DNA of 64,000 nucleotides from an uncultured Draconibacterium sp. (lineage in GTDB: Bacteria; Bacteroidota; Bacteroidia; Bacteroidales; FEN-979): assembly GCA_964590675.1 (NCBI GenBank), contig CAZPWZ010000001.1, positions 1,024-65,023 on the forward strand, read 5' to 3'. Position 1 is the stretch's first letter; every line of letters starts with the position of its first letter. Shown one piece after another: positions 42,519 through 52,322 of this stretch. The notes below the pieces were generated by a model. It did no database searches. It was given only the letters and a program-made list of their open reading frames with translations, and was not told the origin of the DNA. The position numbers and the translations under genes are program-made.

Positions 42519-43637
42519 ATGGAAACAAAATATGCAAGTGCAGCCAGAAGTTCATCTGAAAGTCTTTTAAAAAGCAGGATCAGTCTCGATAAAATTTCCT
42601 TTTTGAATGACATTTTTTGCTCGATCTCATTTGCATCGATTATTCTTGATGATAACAGGCAAATCGTATACGCAAACGATACCATGCTGAAATCAGTAAA
42701 AGTGGAAAGTGTGGACTATATTATTGGCAAGCGCTTTGGTGAAGCTATCAGTTGCCGTTATGCTTTCCAGGAGGAAGGAGGATGCGGAACCACTGAACAT
42801 TGCCGGTATTGTGGTACGGTAAATGCGACCTTGCAATCTCAGAAGACAAAATTAAAAACAGTTACGGAAAGCAGGATACGCGAAAAAGTCAACGGGAGTG
42901 AAAAATTCCTCGATATCGAAGTTACCACGGCTCCTTTTGTTCATGAAAATGCGGACTACACCATATTCTCCTTCACTGACATTTCGGATCGAAAACGCAG
43001 GGCGATCATTGAAAGGATGTTTTTTCATGATATTATGAATGCTGCCGTGGGGGTACAGGGTTTTTTTGAGCTGTTTGAATCACTAAACGAAGCGGAGCAG
43101 CGCAGTTTTATACAAATGGGTTCATCGCTCAGCAAACAAATTATTGACGAAATTGTGACCCAGAGATTGATTACACAGGCTGAAAACCATGAGCTGGTTG
43201 TGAATCTTCAACCGATTGATTCCCTGGATTTCATTCATCAGATCGCCAATAATCTTCAATTTCTCGATGTTGCGAAAGGTAAAAAAATTGTGATCAGTGA
43301 AAACTCAGCCGCCGTAAGCGTGGATACCGATCCCATACTTCTGCGTCGCATTTTAAACAATATGGTCAAAAATGCACTTGAGGCAAGCACGGAGGGGCAG
43401 ACTATCACCCTGGCGGCCGGTATCGTTGATCAAAAAGTAAAATTCTCCGTCCAAAACCCAAAATTCATCCCGCGCGACATTGAGATGCAGGTGTTTATGC
43501 GTTCATTTTCCACCAAAGGCGCTCAGCGGGGTATCGGAACCTACAGCATGAAAATTCTTGGTGAACAGTACCTTGGAGGAAAAGTAGATTTTACAACTAC
43601 CGAGCTGGAAGGGACTACATTCTTTATCATCTTATAA
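42519..43637 (+). CDS. Cytoplasmic PAS-domain sensor histidine kinase with a four-Cys cluster
   Basis: PAS-like N-terminus containing CRYAFQEEGGCGTTEHCRYCG (nt 42753-42812). H-box FFHDIMNAA. HATPase_c (NMVKNALEAS ... GIGTYSMK). Confidence 0.8.
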   Translation: METKYASAARSSSESLLKSRISLDKISFLNDIFCSISFASIILDDNRQIVYANDTMLKSVKVESVDYIIGKRFGEAISCRYAFQEEGGCGTTEHCRYCGTVNATLQSQKTKLKTVTESRIREKVNGSEKFLDIEVTTAPFVHENADYTIFSFTDISDRKRRAIIERMFFHDIMNAAVGVQGFFELFESLNEAEQRSFIQMGSSLSKQIIDEIVTQRLITQAENHELVVNLQPIDSLDFIHQIANNLQFLDVAKGKKIVISENSAAVSVDTDPILLRRILNNMVKNALEASTEGQTITLAAGIVDQKVKFSVQNPKFIPRDIEMQVFMRSFSTKGAQRGIGTYSMKILGEQYLGGKVDFTTTELEGTTFFIIL

Positions 43638-43640
43638 ACC

Positions 43641-43668
43641 GGGACGCGGGACACGGGACACGGGACGC
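43641..43668 (+). repeat. Heptad tandem repeat GGGACGC GGGACAC GGGACAC GGGACGC (G3N4 x4, G-quadruplex-capable)
   Basis: Read directly, 4 bp after the stop of 42519..43637 and 30 bp before repeat copy E. Confidence 0.8.
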
Positions 43669-43697
43669 CGTAAGCCGGGCGCAGATTGACCCTTGTC

Positions 43698-43824
43698 TGG
43701 ACAGGCCACTCATCCTGACTACATCGCACCGGTTTAGGCTGACCCATTTAACCAGCTAACATTCAATTTACAAGGGTGGTCATTTTTTACTGGCCCGGGA
43801 TGGTCAAGGCCATCGGCCTGCACA
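43698..43824 (+). repeat. Dispersed intergenic TIR repeat, copy E (subfamily 2)
   Basis: TGGACAGGCCACTCATCCTGACTACATCGCACCGGTTTAGGCTGACCCATTTAACCAGCTAACATTCAATTTACAAGGGTGGTCATTTTTTACTGGCC...GGCCATCGGCCTGCACA. Nearly identical to copy G. Confidence 0.8.
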
Positions 43825-43963
43825 GTAATCCCTTTGGACCAATTCGAAAAATTCATCACTCTGATTGAGGAGCGTAGGGATTTGCAGAACAAATATTATG
43901 ACACCCGAACCGAAGTGGTACTTATTGAGGAATGCAAAAATCCGAAGACTAACCGATAGGATT

Positions 43964-46900
43964 TCATTGCTTAATGATCTTAACAGTTTCAGCCTTGTCG
44001 CCAGAGACAACGCGGATAAAGTATATTCCCACTGGTTTGCCGGATAATGAGAACTCATGCTTGCGATCTCCGCTTAATACAGTGCTCAACACCTTTTCGC
44101 CCCAAATTCCATAGATATCTACTTTGACATGGTCAGCATCATTGGTTAACTCCAGAATAAAAGTGCCGGTTGTTGGATTGGGATAGACTTTGATGGATGA
44201 TTGCTGAATGCTCCTTGGGATTTCATCTTCAGCCATTACAACTGCTGGCATTGAAGGTGTTTGACACCAGGGGCCAGCGGGTGCAATGTAACCCCACAAA
44301 TATCCTCCGGATTGAACAGTTGTCGTCGGCAGGTATATGATGTTCTGTCCAGCAATCATTGTTGCCATGCCACCAGTTTTAACCAGGAAGGTGGTGCCGT
44401 TGCCGGCGACAGTAATGGTTTGGGTGGCATCATAGCAATTGGCCTCTCCATTAGTAACAGTATCATTGGTGAGAATAATACTGGCAGGCACAGCCGGGAT
44501 TATTGTGAAGGATTGTACCGGAGCAAAAGGGCTACCCGCAAAGGAGTTGTCGATTGCCTGAACGCTCCAGTAGTAGGTGCCGGCTGGCAGACTGTCGATA
44601 TGCCATTGATTATTCATGCTGGTGTTTCCATTCTGCATAACTCTGTGATATCCGGTTGACAAACAAGATAAGGGAGAAACTATTTGCAAACTGTCAGATG
44701 AAATACCGACGCGTAGATTGTAGGACAGGCCATCCTGGGCCGTTTGGGCATCAGTAGATTTGGCCCATGATAAATTCATGCTGCCGCCTGACTGCTGCGT
44801 ATTGAGATTTGTGGGGGTAGTTGGACAAGTATTTATTGAAGCTGGTTCGATTCCCAGAAAATTCCGGAGCATTTTTATGACTGATGTCCCGGTTCTGTCT
44901 TCACCTGAAACCAGAATATCACTGTACCCATCAGCATCATAATCACAAAAGAGAATATTTCCGAATGCAAGATCTGAAAGCCCGTCATTCATTGACGCAA
45001 ATGATCCATTTGTATTTTTCAGTACAAACGAAACGTTTCGTTCCTCCATGCTCCAGACCAGGGTAGCATATCCTGTTCCCACGATATCAAGGATCCCATT
45101 GTTATCATAATCAAACCACTTTGCGCTTCCATCCCTGATATAATGCATCCCATCTGAATATGGCAGGAGGACTTCTGTAAAATGCCCTTCATCATTGCGG
45201 TAAATATCGAGGAGTGCCCCTGCGAAATCTTTTCTGCCGCAAACAAGCAGGTCCATATCTCCGTCACGGTCATAATCTCCCCAGTCAATTGACCCACGAC
45301 AGTATCCGTTTGCATCGATAATAAGTGGGGCAAACTGATCATTACCCAGATTCCTGTAAAGTGTTAGTGTCCCCGTTTCACCCCATCCCTGGTAGGAGGT
45401 CGCTCCCATCAGAACAAAATCCTGCAATCCGTCGTTATTATAGTCTCCCCAGGCAGCGCTTGATGAATAGTATCCGGGAAAGCAAGCGTTACAAACTTCG
45501 ACAAAGCCTGTATCTGTTTGTTGGAGCAATTTTGTGTACAAGGCTGAATTTGCATCGTTAAGCTGCCCGGTTATAAGCATGTCGATCATCCCATCATTGT
45601 TGTAATCAGCAGGAAACACACTGGCCGAGATTATGCTGTTTGCAGGCAACATGTTCTCTAAAGTGAAGGCCAGGTTTGTATTCTTATAAATGCTGGTTCC
45701 GTTAATGATATCAAGATCCCCGTCATTATCAATGTCGGTCATGACCACATTCGATCCATTCCCTGAAAGGGTATCAATAATCAGATTGTAATTACCGTTG
45801 TCATATGAGTAAAGATGGTTTCCTGTCAATACGTCCATTTTGCCATCATGATTTACATCCCCAACGGCTATTTTATTCATACGCTCACTGGTCAGAGGGA
45901 ATGAAAAGGCTTCCTTGTAAAGAAAACTTTCAAAAGTCACGCACGCGGCTTTTTCAGAAAAAGAAGAGCCGTCAAAGGCCTTCCATTTCAGGGAATCCAC
46001 TCCTATTGAATCTGTTACAAAACGGAGTAACCCCAGATCGTTTATGGAGATTGACTGTTCGCATTCGACAGCTACCTGGTTCAGATAAAGCACTCCAAAC
46101 AATGGCAGCTGAGTGATCTTTACCGTGTGCAATGAATCTTCTTCCGGATCCAGATAATTCACCAGGAAATTGCCGGCCTGAATAGCCAGGGTATCTTTGA
46201 TTATTGCACTCAATTTGAATGAACTGATTTCAGGAGAGAGGTTATTCCCCTGAATCAGAAAACTATCCCGTAGGGCAAAGGCTGAGGCTTTGTACTCCTG
46301 ATCTATCGCCTGCACATTCCAGAAGTATTTCCCGTTGATCAGATTATGTATTTTCCAGGATGTATTTGTATTAACATTGCCATTTCCTGCAATCTGCCTT
46401 TCTCCGGTCGTCAGATCAGCCATCGGGCATACGATAGTTGTGGAATCTGCCGCCCGCTGTATATAAATATTATAAGAAATTGCCGCCGCAGGGGTATGAT
46501 CATCTGTTGAGGGATCCCAGCTTATACGGATGGAATTAACCGAATCAATTGATGCGAGATTTCCGGGCACAGAGGGCGAAATATTTGTATCCAGGCTGTT
46601 GTTTCTAAACAGGATTAATGGATAATTTGATCCATTTGCATTCACAAGATGGCACAATCCAAAATCAAGATCTCCGTCATTGTCGTAATCCCCACATTTT
46701 ACTTTTCCATTTGAGTTGTAATGATACACAAAGGAACTATCAAGCTGGTATGACAAATTGCCGTTGTTTTTCAGGATCCTGGTATTTGATCCTGAATATA
46801 CGATATCAAGAAAGCCGTCATTATCAAGATCCGCCCATTCGATTGATTCAAACAGTCCTGGATTGCCGCCAAGTTCACCATAGTTGACATAATCGAATGC

Positions 46901-48928
46901 CCCGTTGTTATTCCTGAAAATCCCCCTCGAAATATCATTTCCGCTATTATACCCGGTAACGAGTAGATCAAGGTCTCCGTCAAAATCAAAATCCTGCAAT
47001 GTCCCATTCATAACATCATAAACAGGAGAAAAAGAAAATCCCGGTATGATTGAAAAAAATCCGGAAACATTCTTCATAACCCCACTGGTTGTAAGGATGT
47101 CCTTATCTCCGTCACGATCATAGTCGGCAACTGCCAATGCCGTTCCATTCAGATTCTGTGTAAATGTGAATTTGCCGTTTCGAAATTCATAAACTTTATT
47201 GCCCGACAGAAAATCCAGGTTTCCATCGTTATCAAGGTCATCAAAAACAGGATTATAACCCCATGGAGGCGTTGTGATTTGAAAATCCATTTTATTAAAA
47301 GTTCCATTTTGATTTTCGTAAAATGCATTGCTGGAATAAAAGTCAAGCAGTCCGTCTTTGTTAAAATCAATGAACTTGCAGTGCGATTCGTTTGAGGCAA
47401 GCTGGTTAATCAGCAAAGGTGTGAAATTCCCGTTACCTTCATTTCTTAATAAAACTGTCATGTAATCTCTTATTCCCTGAAACTGAACCATGCCAGAAAC
47501 AAGCAAATCCATATCTCCATCATTTTCAGCATCACCCCAGTCCAGATCGCCCTGTTCAACTATTGCAGCATTGATTTTCATATTTGAGAATGATGCTGGG
47601 AGGAAAATGTTTTTAGAAATTGTATCTGCTAAACCCGCTTTGGTCACGATCAAGCTTACCGTCCTGGTTCCGGCAGAAGAAAACTGATGAATGGGGTTTT
47701 GAACCGAGTCTGTTGATCCATCTCCGAAGTCCCACTGCCATGTTTCCGGGTTTCCCTTACTAAAATCAATAAACCTTATTGTCAATAAACTGTCGGCATT
47801 GTCAATCGTCAAATAATCAGCAGACAAGCCTGAGTGCATCGGCATTATGCCAATCAGGGCAAAATTGCCGGAGTTAAACAAAGGAAGTGTTTCAAGCAGG
47901 TAAAAACCATTGTAGGCTCCAGACCATCCATAATTAAAGTGAAAATAATCACCCGTGTATCCGTCACATACCAAAGCATGGGAACCCCACATCCCATTCC
48001 CTTCATATAGAAGTGGCCTGGCACTGTCGAGTTCTGTTCTTAAAAGGTTTTTCCATTCTTCCATGGTATAAAGTGCAGAATTCACATACCTGATCGATGT
48101 CGGGTTATAATCGAAATAGTGAATCAAACCATACGCTGCATCTGAAAAATATGCTCCCGATCCACTGGAATTATATTGCATTGATCCTGCAACACCGATA
48201 TCGAAAAGCAGCTCACTTAAAGAGGAATTTTGTCCGGTGAGTGCGTTCGGCATCGAATCAAAACGGATCGGATGGCTGAAGTTTTTGGTAATGTATCCAT
48301 ATTTCGAAGAGTAATACTCGCGATACCCGATACCGGATGGAGGGTAAGTATGATATTTCATTACCTGGGCAACAGCGGTTGCCGTGGATCCGGCCCAGGC
48401 GTGGCTGCAAGGCCCGGATGCATCAACCGGGCACAATTCATTGTAGTAACACCCCTGATCCCACGTCGTGGTCAGCATCGGCCCCACACTGTCTCCGGTC
48501 GCCGGGGCAAACCGGTTCGCCAGGATCTCATTCCATTTTGACATGGAAGCATCCGGCTGGATATTCAGCACAAACGCCGTATCAATCTGCCGGGCATAAT
48601 TATCATACCACCCTTTCACTGCTTCATTGGTGATGGAATCGGGAACCGAATGATTAAACCCGAAGCCCAGCACGGGGGTTACCGCGTCGTTGGCTGAAAC
48701 AAGCACAAAGCCGCCTTTATCAAATGAGAATATGTGGAAACACTCCCTGCCATTGTATGTATATGGAATAGTTTTAGTGATCACAGCCTGTTTTTTTGAC
48801 TGTGGTGCGTAGTGACGGTACCAGTTGACCGCCACTTGCCTGGCAAGGTTTTCATCAACTCTACCTGCAAAAAGATTACAAGAAAACAAGGTCAGAGTTC
48901 CAAGCAATAAATAGAGTCGTAATCGCAT
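43964..48928 (-). CDS. 1654-aa secreted multidomain protein: C10 (streptopain-like) peptidase homolog with Cys-to-Ser at the nucleophile, PKD, many FG-GAP/VCBS repeats, Fn3-like domains, T9SS C-terminal domain
   Basis: Signal peptide. TTTWDQGCYYNELCP ... WAGSTATAVAQVMKYH (versus SpeB TGCVATATAQIMKYH) ... GSHALVCDGY ... HFNYGWSG. DFGDGSTDSVQNPIHQF (PKD). Repeated DxDxDGDLD motifs. KVYPNPTTGTFILEL tail. Confidence 0.75.
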   Translation of the reverse strand: MRLRLYLLLGTLTLFSCNLFAGRVDENLARQVAVNWYRHYAPQSKKQAVITKTIPYTYNGRECFHIFSFDKGGFVLVSANDAVTPVLGFGFNHSVPDSITNEAVKGWYDNYARQIDTAFVLNIQPDASMSKWNEILANRFAPATGDSVGPMLTTTWDQGCYYNELCPVDASGPCSHAWAGSTATAVAQVMKYHTYPPSGIGYREYYSSKYGYITKNFSHPIRFDSMPNALTGQNSSLSELLFDIGVAGSMQYNSSGSGAYFSDAAYGLIHYFDYNPTSIRYVNSALYTMEEWKNLLRTELDSARPLLYEGNGMWGSHALVCDGYTGDYFHFNYGWSGAYNGFYLLETLPLFNSGNFALIGIMPMHSGLSADYLTIDNADSLLTIRFIDFSKGNPETWQWDFGDGSTDSVQNPIHQFSSAGTRTVSLIVTKAGLADTISKNIFLPASFSNMKINAAIVEQGDLDWGDAENDGDMDLLVSGMVQFQGIRDYMTVLLRNEGNGNFTPLLINQLASNESHCKFIDFNKDGLLDFYSSNAFYENQNGTFNKMDFQITTPPWGYNPVFDDLDNDGNLDFLSGNKVYEFRNGKFTFTQNLNGTALAVADYDRDGDKDILTTSGVMKNVSGFFSIIPGFSFSPVYDVMNGTLQDFDFDGDLDLLVTGYNSGNDISRGIFRNNNGAFDYVNYGELGGNPGLFESIEWADLDNDGFLDIVYSGSNTRILKNNGNLSYQLDSSFVYHYNSNGKVKCGDYDNDGDLDFGLCHLVNANGSNYPLILFRNNSLDTNISPSVPGNLASIDSVNSIRISWDPSTDDHTPAAAISYNIYIQRAADSTTIVCPMADLTTGERQIAGNGNVNTNTSWKIHNLINGKYFWNVQAIDQEYKASAFALRDSFLIQGNNLSPEISSFKLSAIIKDTLAIQAGNFLVNYLDPEEDSLHTVKITQLPLFGVLYLNQVAVECEQSISINDLGLLRFVTDSIGVDSLKWKAFDGSSFSEKAACVTFESFLYKEAFSFPLTSERMNKIAVGDVNHDGKMDVLTGNHLYSYDNGNYNLIIDTLSGNGSNVVMTDIDNDGDLDIINGTSIYKNTNLAFTLENMLPANSIISASVFPADYNNDGMIDMLITGQLNDANSALYTKLLQQTDTGFVEVCNACFPGYYSSSAAWGDYNNDGLQDFVLMGATSYQGWGETGTLTLYRNLGNDQFAPLIIDANGYCRGSIDWGDYDRDGDMDLLVCGRKDFAGALLDIYRNDEGHFTEVLLPYSDGMHYIRDGSAKWFDYDNNGILDIVGTGYATLVWSMEERNVSFVLKNTNGSFASMNDGLSDLAFGNILFCDYDADGYSDILVSGEDRTGTSVIKMLRNFLGIEPASINTCPTTPTNLNTQQSGGSMNLSWAKSTDAQTAQDGLSYNLRVGISSDSLQIVSPLSCLSTGYHRVMQNGNTSMNNQWHIDSLPAGTYYWSVQAIDNSFAGSPFAPVQSFTIIPAVPASIILTNDTVTNGEANCYDATQTITVAGNGTTFLVKTGGMATMIAGQNIIYLPTTTVQSGGYLWGYIAPAGPWCQTPSMPAVVMAEDEIPRSIQQSSIKVYPNPTTGTFILELTNDADHVKVDIYGIWGEKVLSTVLSGDRKHEFSLSGKPVGIYFIRVVSGDKAETVKIIKQ

Positions 48929-49019
48929 TGTGCTTTGTTTGTTAGGTTGATGATGTAAATGTAGTGACTAACTGGTTATATAAACCAACTGTCGTCAAAT
49001 TATGATGGTCATTTACGCC

Positions 49020-49146
49020 TGGATACGCCAATGATCTTTACGATCTCTGGCCAATGCAAATTGATCACCCCTATCCATTGATTAATAAAAGGTTGAAGTA
49101 GTCCGTTAAAATCGGCGAAGGGTAGTTAATGTGACCGGCTTGTCCA
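49020..49146 (+). repeat. Dispersed intergenic TIR repeat, copy F
   Basis: TGGATACGCCAATGATCTTTACGATCTCTGGCC ... AATCGGCGAAGGGTAGTTAATGTGACCGGCTTGTCCA. Confidence 0.65.
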
Positions 49147-49179
49147 TTGGATCAATTATTCAACCGGATCGTTGAAGGT

Positions 49180-51813
49180 CTATTTTTCAGGCTTATCGGT
49201 GTTAATCTGGAATAGTTTCATCAACAATACAATTAAAGCTGCTTTATTGAAAGGTTTTGGAATATAATCATTGCATCCCGCTTCTATTGCCTTTTCCCGG
49301 TCACCGGAAAGTCCAAAGGCGGTTTGTGCAATGATAACCACATCGTTGTTGAATTGCCGGATTTGCCTGGTAGCCGTATATCCGTCCATTACGGGCATCT
49401 TTATATCCATCAGGATCAAATCGATATCTGGATTATTCCGGCACACTTCAACTGCTTCCAACCCGGTTCTTACATTTAAAAATTCTTTGACAAACATGTT
49501 GATTGTTGCTGTCAGTAACATGGCAGATGTTTCATCATCTTCGGCTATTAATATTTTCAGCTTTCTAATTTGATTTTCTTCCCTATCATCCGAAACAACA
49601 TGCTGTATGATCATTTTTTCTTCCGGCTTAATAACCCAGGGAATGGTAAAATAAAATGTTGAACCTTTCCCAAACTCACTCTCAACCCAGATTTTCCCAC
49701 CCAGCATTTCCACATACGCTTTCGAAATGGATAACCCTAATCCGGCTCCTTCATAATTTCGTGTAAGCAACTCACTGCCTTGCCTGAACCTTTCAAAAAT
49801 GATCTCCATTTGTTCCTGGCCAATACCCTCACCTGTATCTTTCACAAAAAATTCAAGGAATTCCCCTTTTTGTTCATATCCAATTTCAATGGATCCCTCA
49901 CGCGTAAATTTTATCGCATTTTTAACAAGATTGGTTAAAATGGCATACAATTTCTCCCGGTCTGTTTGAATGATTGTTTCTATTGCAGACTTGGAATTTT
50001 TTAAGAAAAGTTGTATTCCTTTGCGCTCAACCTCCGGCTTAAAGAAAGTATAAATGAATTCGATCTGATCTTTAATATTCGTCTCTGAAATAGAAATTTC
50101 CATTTGTCCCGATTCTATTTTCGAGATACTGACGATGTCGTTGATGATGTTCAGCATGCGGGCCCCGCTTTTCTCAATGATGCTGATGTACTTATGCTGT
50201 TCTTCACCGGTAAGTCCGGGCTCTTTAAGCAAGTCGGCAAAACCCAGGATACCGTTCATGGGGGTTCTTATTTCATGACTCATATTGGCAAGAAAAGCTG
50301 ATTTCAGATGGTCACTTTGCTCGGCGTGTTCTTTTGCGATGACCAGTTCTTCGTTTGCTTTCTCACGATCAGTGATGTCCTGCATGACTCCTGTAACTCT
50401 CAATGGGTTGCCATTCACATCCCTGACCAATTCAGCGATTGAGTTTAATGTAATCTTTTCAGTTGAGTTTCGGGGAATTATGTCAAATTTGATATTATAG
50501 GGCTTGTTTTTTTCAACAAGGTCGGTCATTGCCTGGTTGACCCGTTCCCTGTCAGTAACACAAAGCATAACTTCTTCGGCTGTAAAAACGTCAGTTTCCA
50601 AATTGAAACCATAAATTTTTTTCCCTTCATCCGAACCCCAGAAGATATCGTTTTCCAAATCATATTCCCAACCGCCGATATGACCAACCTCCTGGGCCCT
50701 TTTGTACCGTTCCTCGCTTCTGCGCAGTTCGTCTGCCGCCTGTTTACGTATCAGTGCCGTTCCGATAATTGAACAAATACCCTCAAAAAAGGCGATCAGG
50801 TCGCTGGTAAAGGCTCCTTTTTTCTTTTCATTGAGTTGGAGAAGGCCTGCTATTTTTTCATTGGTCCGAATGGGAATGAGTGCCACAGATCCATACCCTG
50901 AGTGAATACATTTATTTCGTGGATTAAGTCTGGGGTCCTCATCCGCAGTGAGTTCCAATAACGGAAATGAGTCATTTGTCCAAAAACTTCCTGCTTTCGT
51001 AAATAGCGGGTTCGACGGATCTGTTTTTCCTGAAATAACCAAACCACAGGTACATTCCAGCAGAGGGTCACCATTTGCATCCCGGCAAATACTGCCGTTT
51101 CTGTCTTGCACCGTGAGCGAGTTTTCAGTCAGAAGAAAATCTTCGGAAAAACCTGACTGTTCGACATAGGGGAAATCATTGCCCTGTTTGAGGCGCATTC
51201 CAACAGCGGAATACCTGGTTACCTGCTGGATGGTTTTGAGAACACCGGCAATCTTGTCGTCCAGGCTGATATTACTCGTGAGGACGCCCAGTATTTCATT
51301 GGAAAGATGGTGAAGACGTTCAACCCTCACCCGTTCGGTCATATCCCGGATATTGCATTGGATTACCTTCAGATGATCTACCAGATAAACATTGCTGACA
51401 AACTCAACATGAATCGTTCTGCCGTCAGCTGTTTCAAGGGGCATATCTTCGTAACGGAGATATTCCTTCTCCTGTAATTCCAGAAAATTATCTTTATTGG
51501 CAACAATATCTTTAAAAAATCCAATTTCCCAGATTGATTTTTCAATGAATTGGTTTTTGGAATATCCTAACAATTCGATCAAAAATGGATTTACATCCAC
51601 AATCATTCCGGTCTCTGCATCGAGTATGAGGATCCCATCTTTCGCTGTTTCAAAAAGACGGCGATAACGGGTTTCAGAAATAGTTAATGCCTCTTCCACC
51701 CGGGTTCGGTTGGTGACATCGGATTTGTATGATGCTTTTAGTGCGTCATACTCCTTCCTGAATTCGTGAAGTTCATTTACGAGTTCTTCCTTTGTTTTCC
51801 CGATGTCTTCCAT
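49180..51813 (-). CDS. Hybrid sensor histidine kinase (PAS-GAF-PAS-HisKA-HATPase_c-REC)
   Basis: H-box SHEIRTPMNGILG. N/G boxes LVKNAIKFT and DTGEGI ... GAGLGLSISK. C-terminal receiver ILIAEDDETS ... DLILMDIKMPVMDG ... IIAQTA ... YIPKP. Confidence 0.9.
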   Translation of the reverse strand: MEDIGKTKEELVNELHEFRKEYDALKASYKSDVTNRTRVEEALTISETRYRRLFETAKDGILILDAETGMIVDVNPFLIELLGYSKNQFIEKSIWEIGFFKDIVANKDNFLELQEKEYLRYEDMPLETADGRTIHVEFVSNVYLVDHLKVIQCNIRDMTERVRVERLHHLSNEILGVLTSNISLDDKIAGVLKTIQQVTRYSAVGMRLKQGNDFPYVEQSGFSEDFLLTENSLTVQDRNGSICRDANGDPLLECTCGLVISGKTDPSNPLFTKAGSFWTNDSFPLLELTADEDPRLNPRNKCIHSGYGSVALIPIRTNEKIAGLLQLNEKKKGAFTSDLIAFFEGICSIIGTALIRKQAADELRRSEERYKRAQEVGHIGGWEYDLENDIFWGSDEGKKIYGFNLETDVFTAEEVMLCVTDRERVNQAMTDLVEKNKPYNIKFDIIPRNSTEKITLNSIAELVRDVNGNPLRVTGVMQDITDREKANEELVIAKEHAEQSDHLKSAFLANMSHEIRTPMNGILGFADLLKEPGLTGEEQHKYISIIEKSGARMLNIINDIVSISKIESGQMEISISETNIKDQIEFIYTFFKPEVERKGIQLFLKNSKSAIETIIQTDREKLYAILTNLVKNAIKFTREGSIEIGYEQKGEFLEFFVKDTGEGIGQEQMEIIFERFRQGSELLTRNYEGAGLGLSISKAYVEMLGGKIWVESEFGKGSTFYFTIPWVIKPEEKMIIQHVVSDDREENQIRKLKILIAEDDETSAMLLTATINMFVKEFLNVRTGLEAVEVCRNNPDIDLILMDIKMPVMDGYTATRQIRQFNNDVVIIAQTAFGLSGDREKAIEAGCNDYIPKPFNKAALIVLLMKLFQINTDKPEK

Positions 51814-51890
51814 AAGTTATTTATTCTCAATCTGTAAAGATACATCAAACAGGGTGCTAATCCTATTAAAAAGCACAATTTGTTTTCCAA

Positions 51891-52013
51891 TGGACAGGCC
51901 ACTCATCCTGACCACATCGCGCCGGTTTAGGCTGACCCATTTAACCAGCTAACATTCAATTTACAAGGATGATCATTTTTTACTGGCCAGGGCTAAGGCC
52001 ATCGGCCTGCACA
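51891..52013 (+). repeat. Dispersed intergenic TIR repeat, copy G (subfamily 2)
   Basis: Collinear with copy E, with four substitutions and one short indel block by eye. Confidence 0.8.
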
Positions 52014-52322
52014 CAGGATCCCTATTGCAGACAGTTTCTTTTTCATTATTCCCGGATGGAAGCCAAAGGTATAGAAATTTCAATAGTTACAGGAATGTAG
52101 AATTTGTAATAGCATCTCAGAGAGGATCAACGCAAATTCCATAAATTTGCCCTATGCCGTTCCCCATACCCAAATACAACATTGAAACCGAAGAGCACGT
52201 GGAAACAACCACAGTAACTCCAGCCGTCAAGTTCGATGACAAACTGAAGAATGAAATTCTAAGCCAGATTCATGAAGAAAAAGCCGTGAAACTGAAAAAC
52301 AAAACTATAATTCTCTAATCTC

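Noticed and set aside
52154-52318. 54-aa ORF (MPFPIPKYNIETEEHVETTTV...) just upstream of the flavoprotein gene.
   Set aside because: It is below the track cutoff and has no recognisable motif. A TAAATTTG -7 box at 52142-52149 would place the transcription start at or inside its start codon. I left it unannotated as possible but unsupported.
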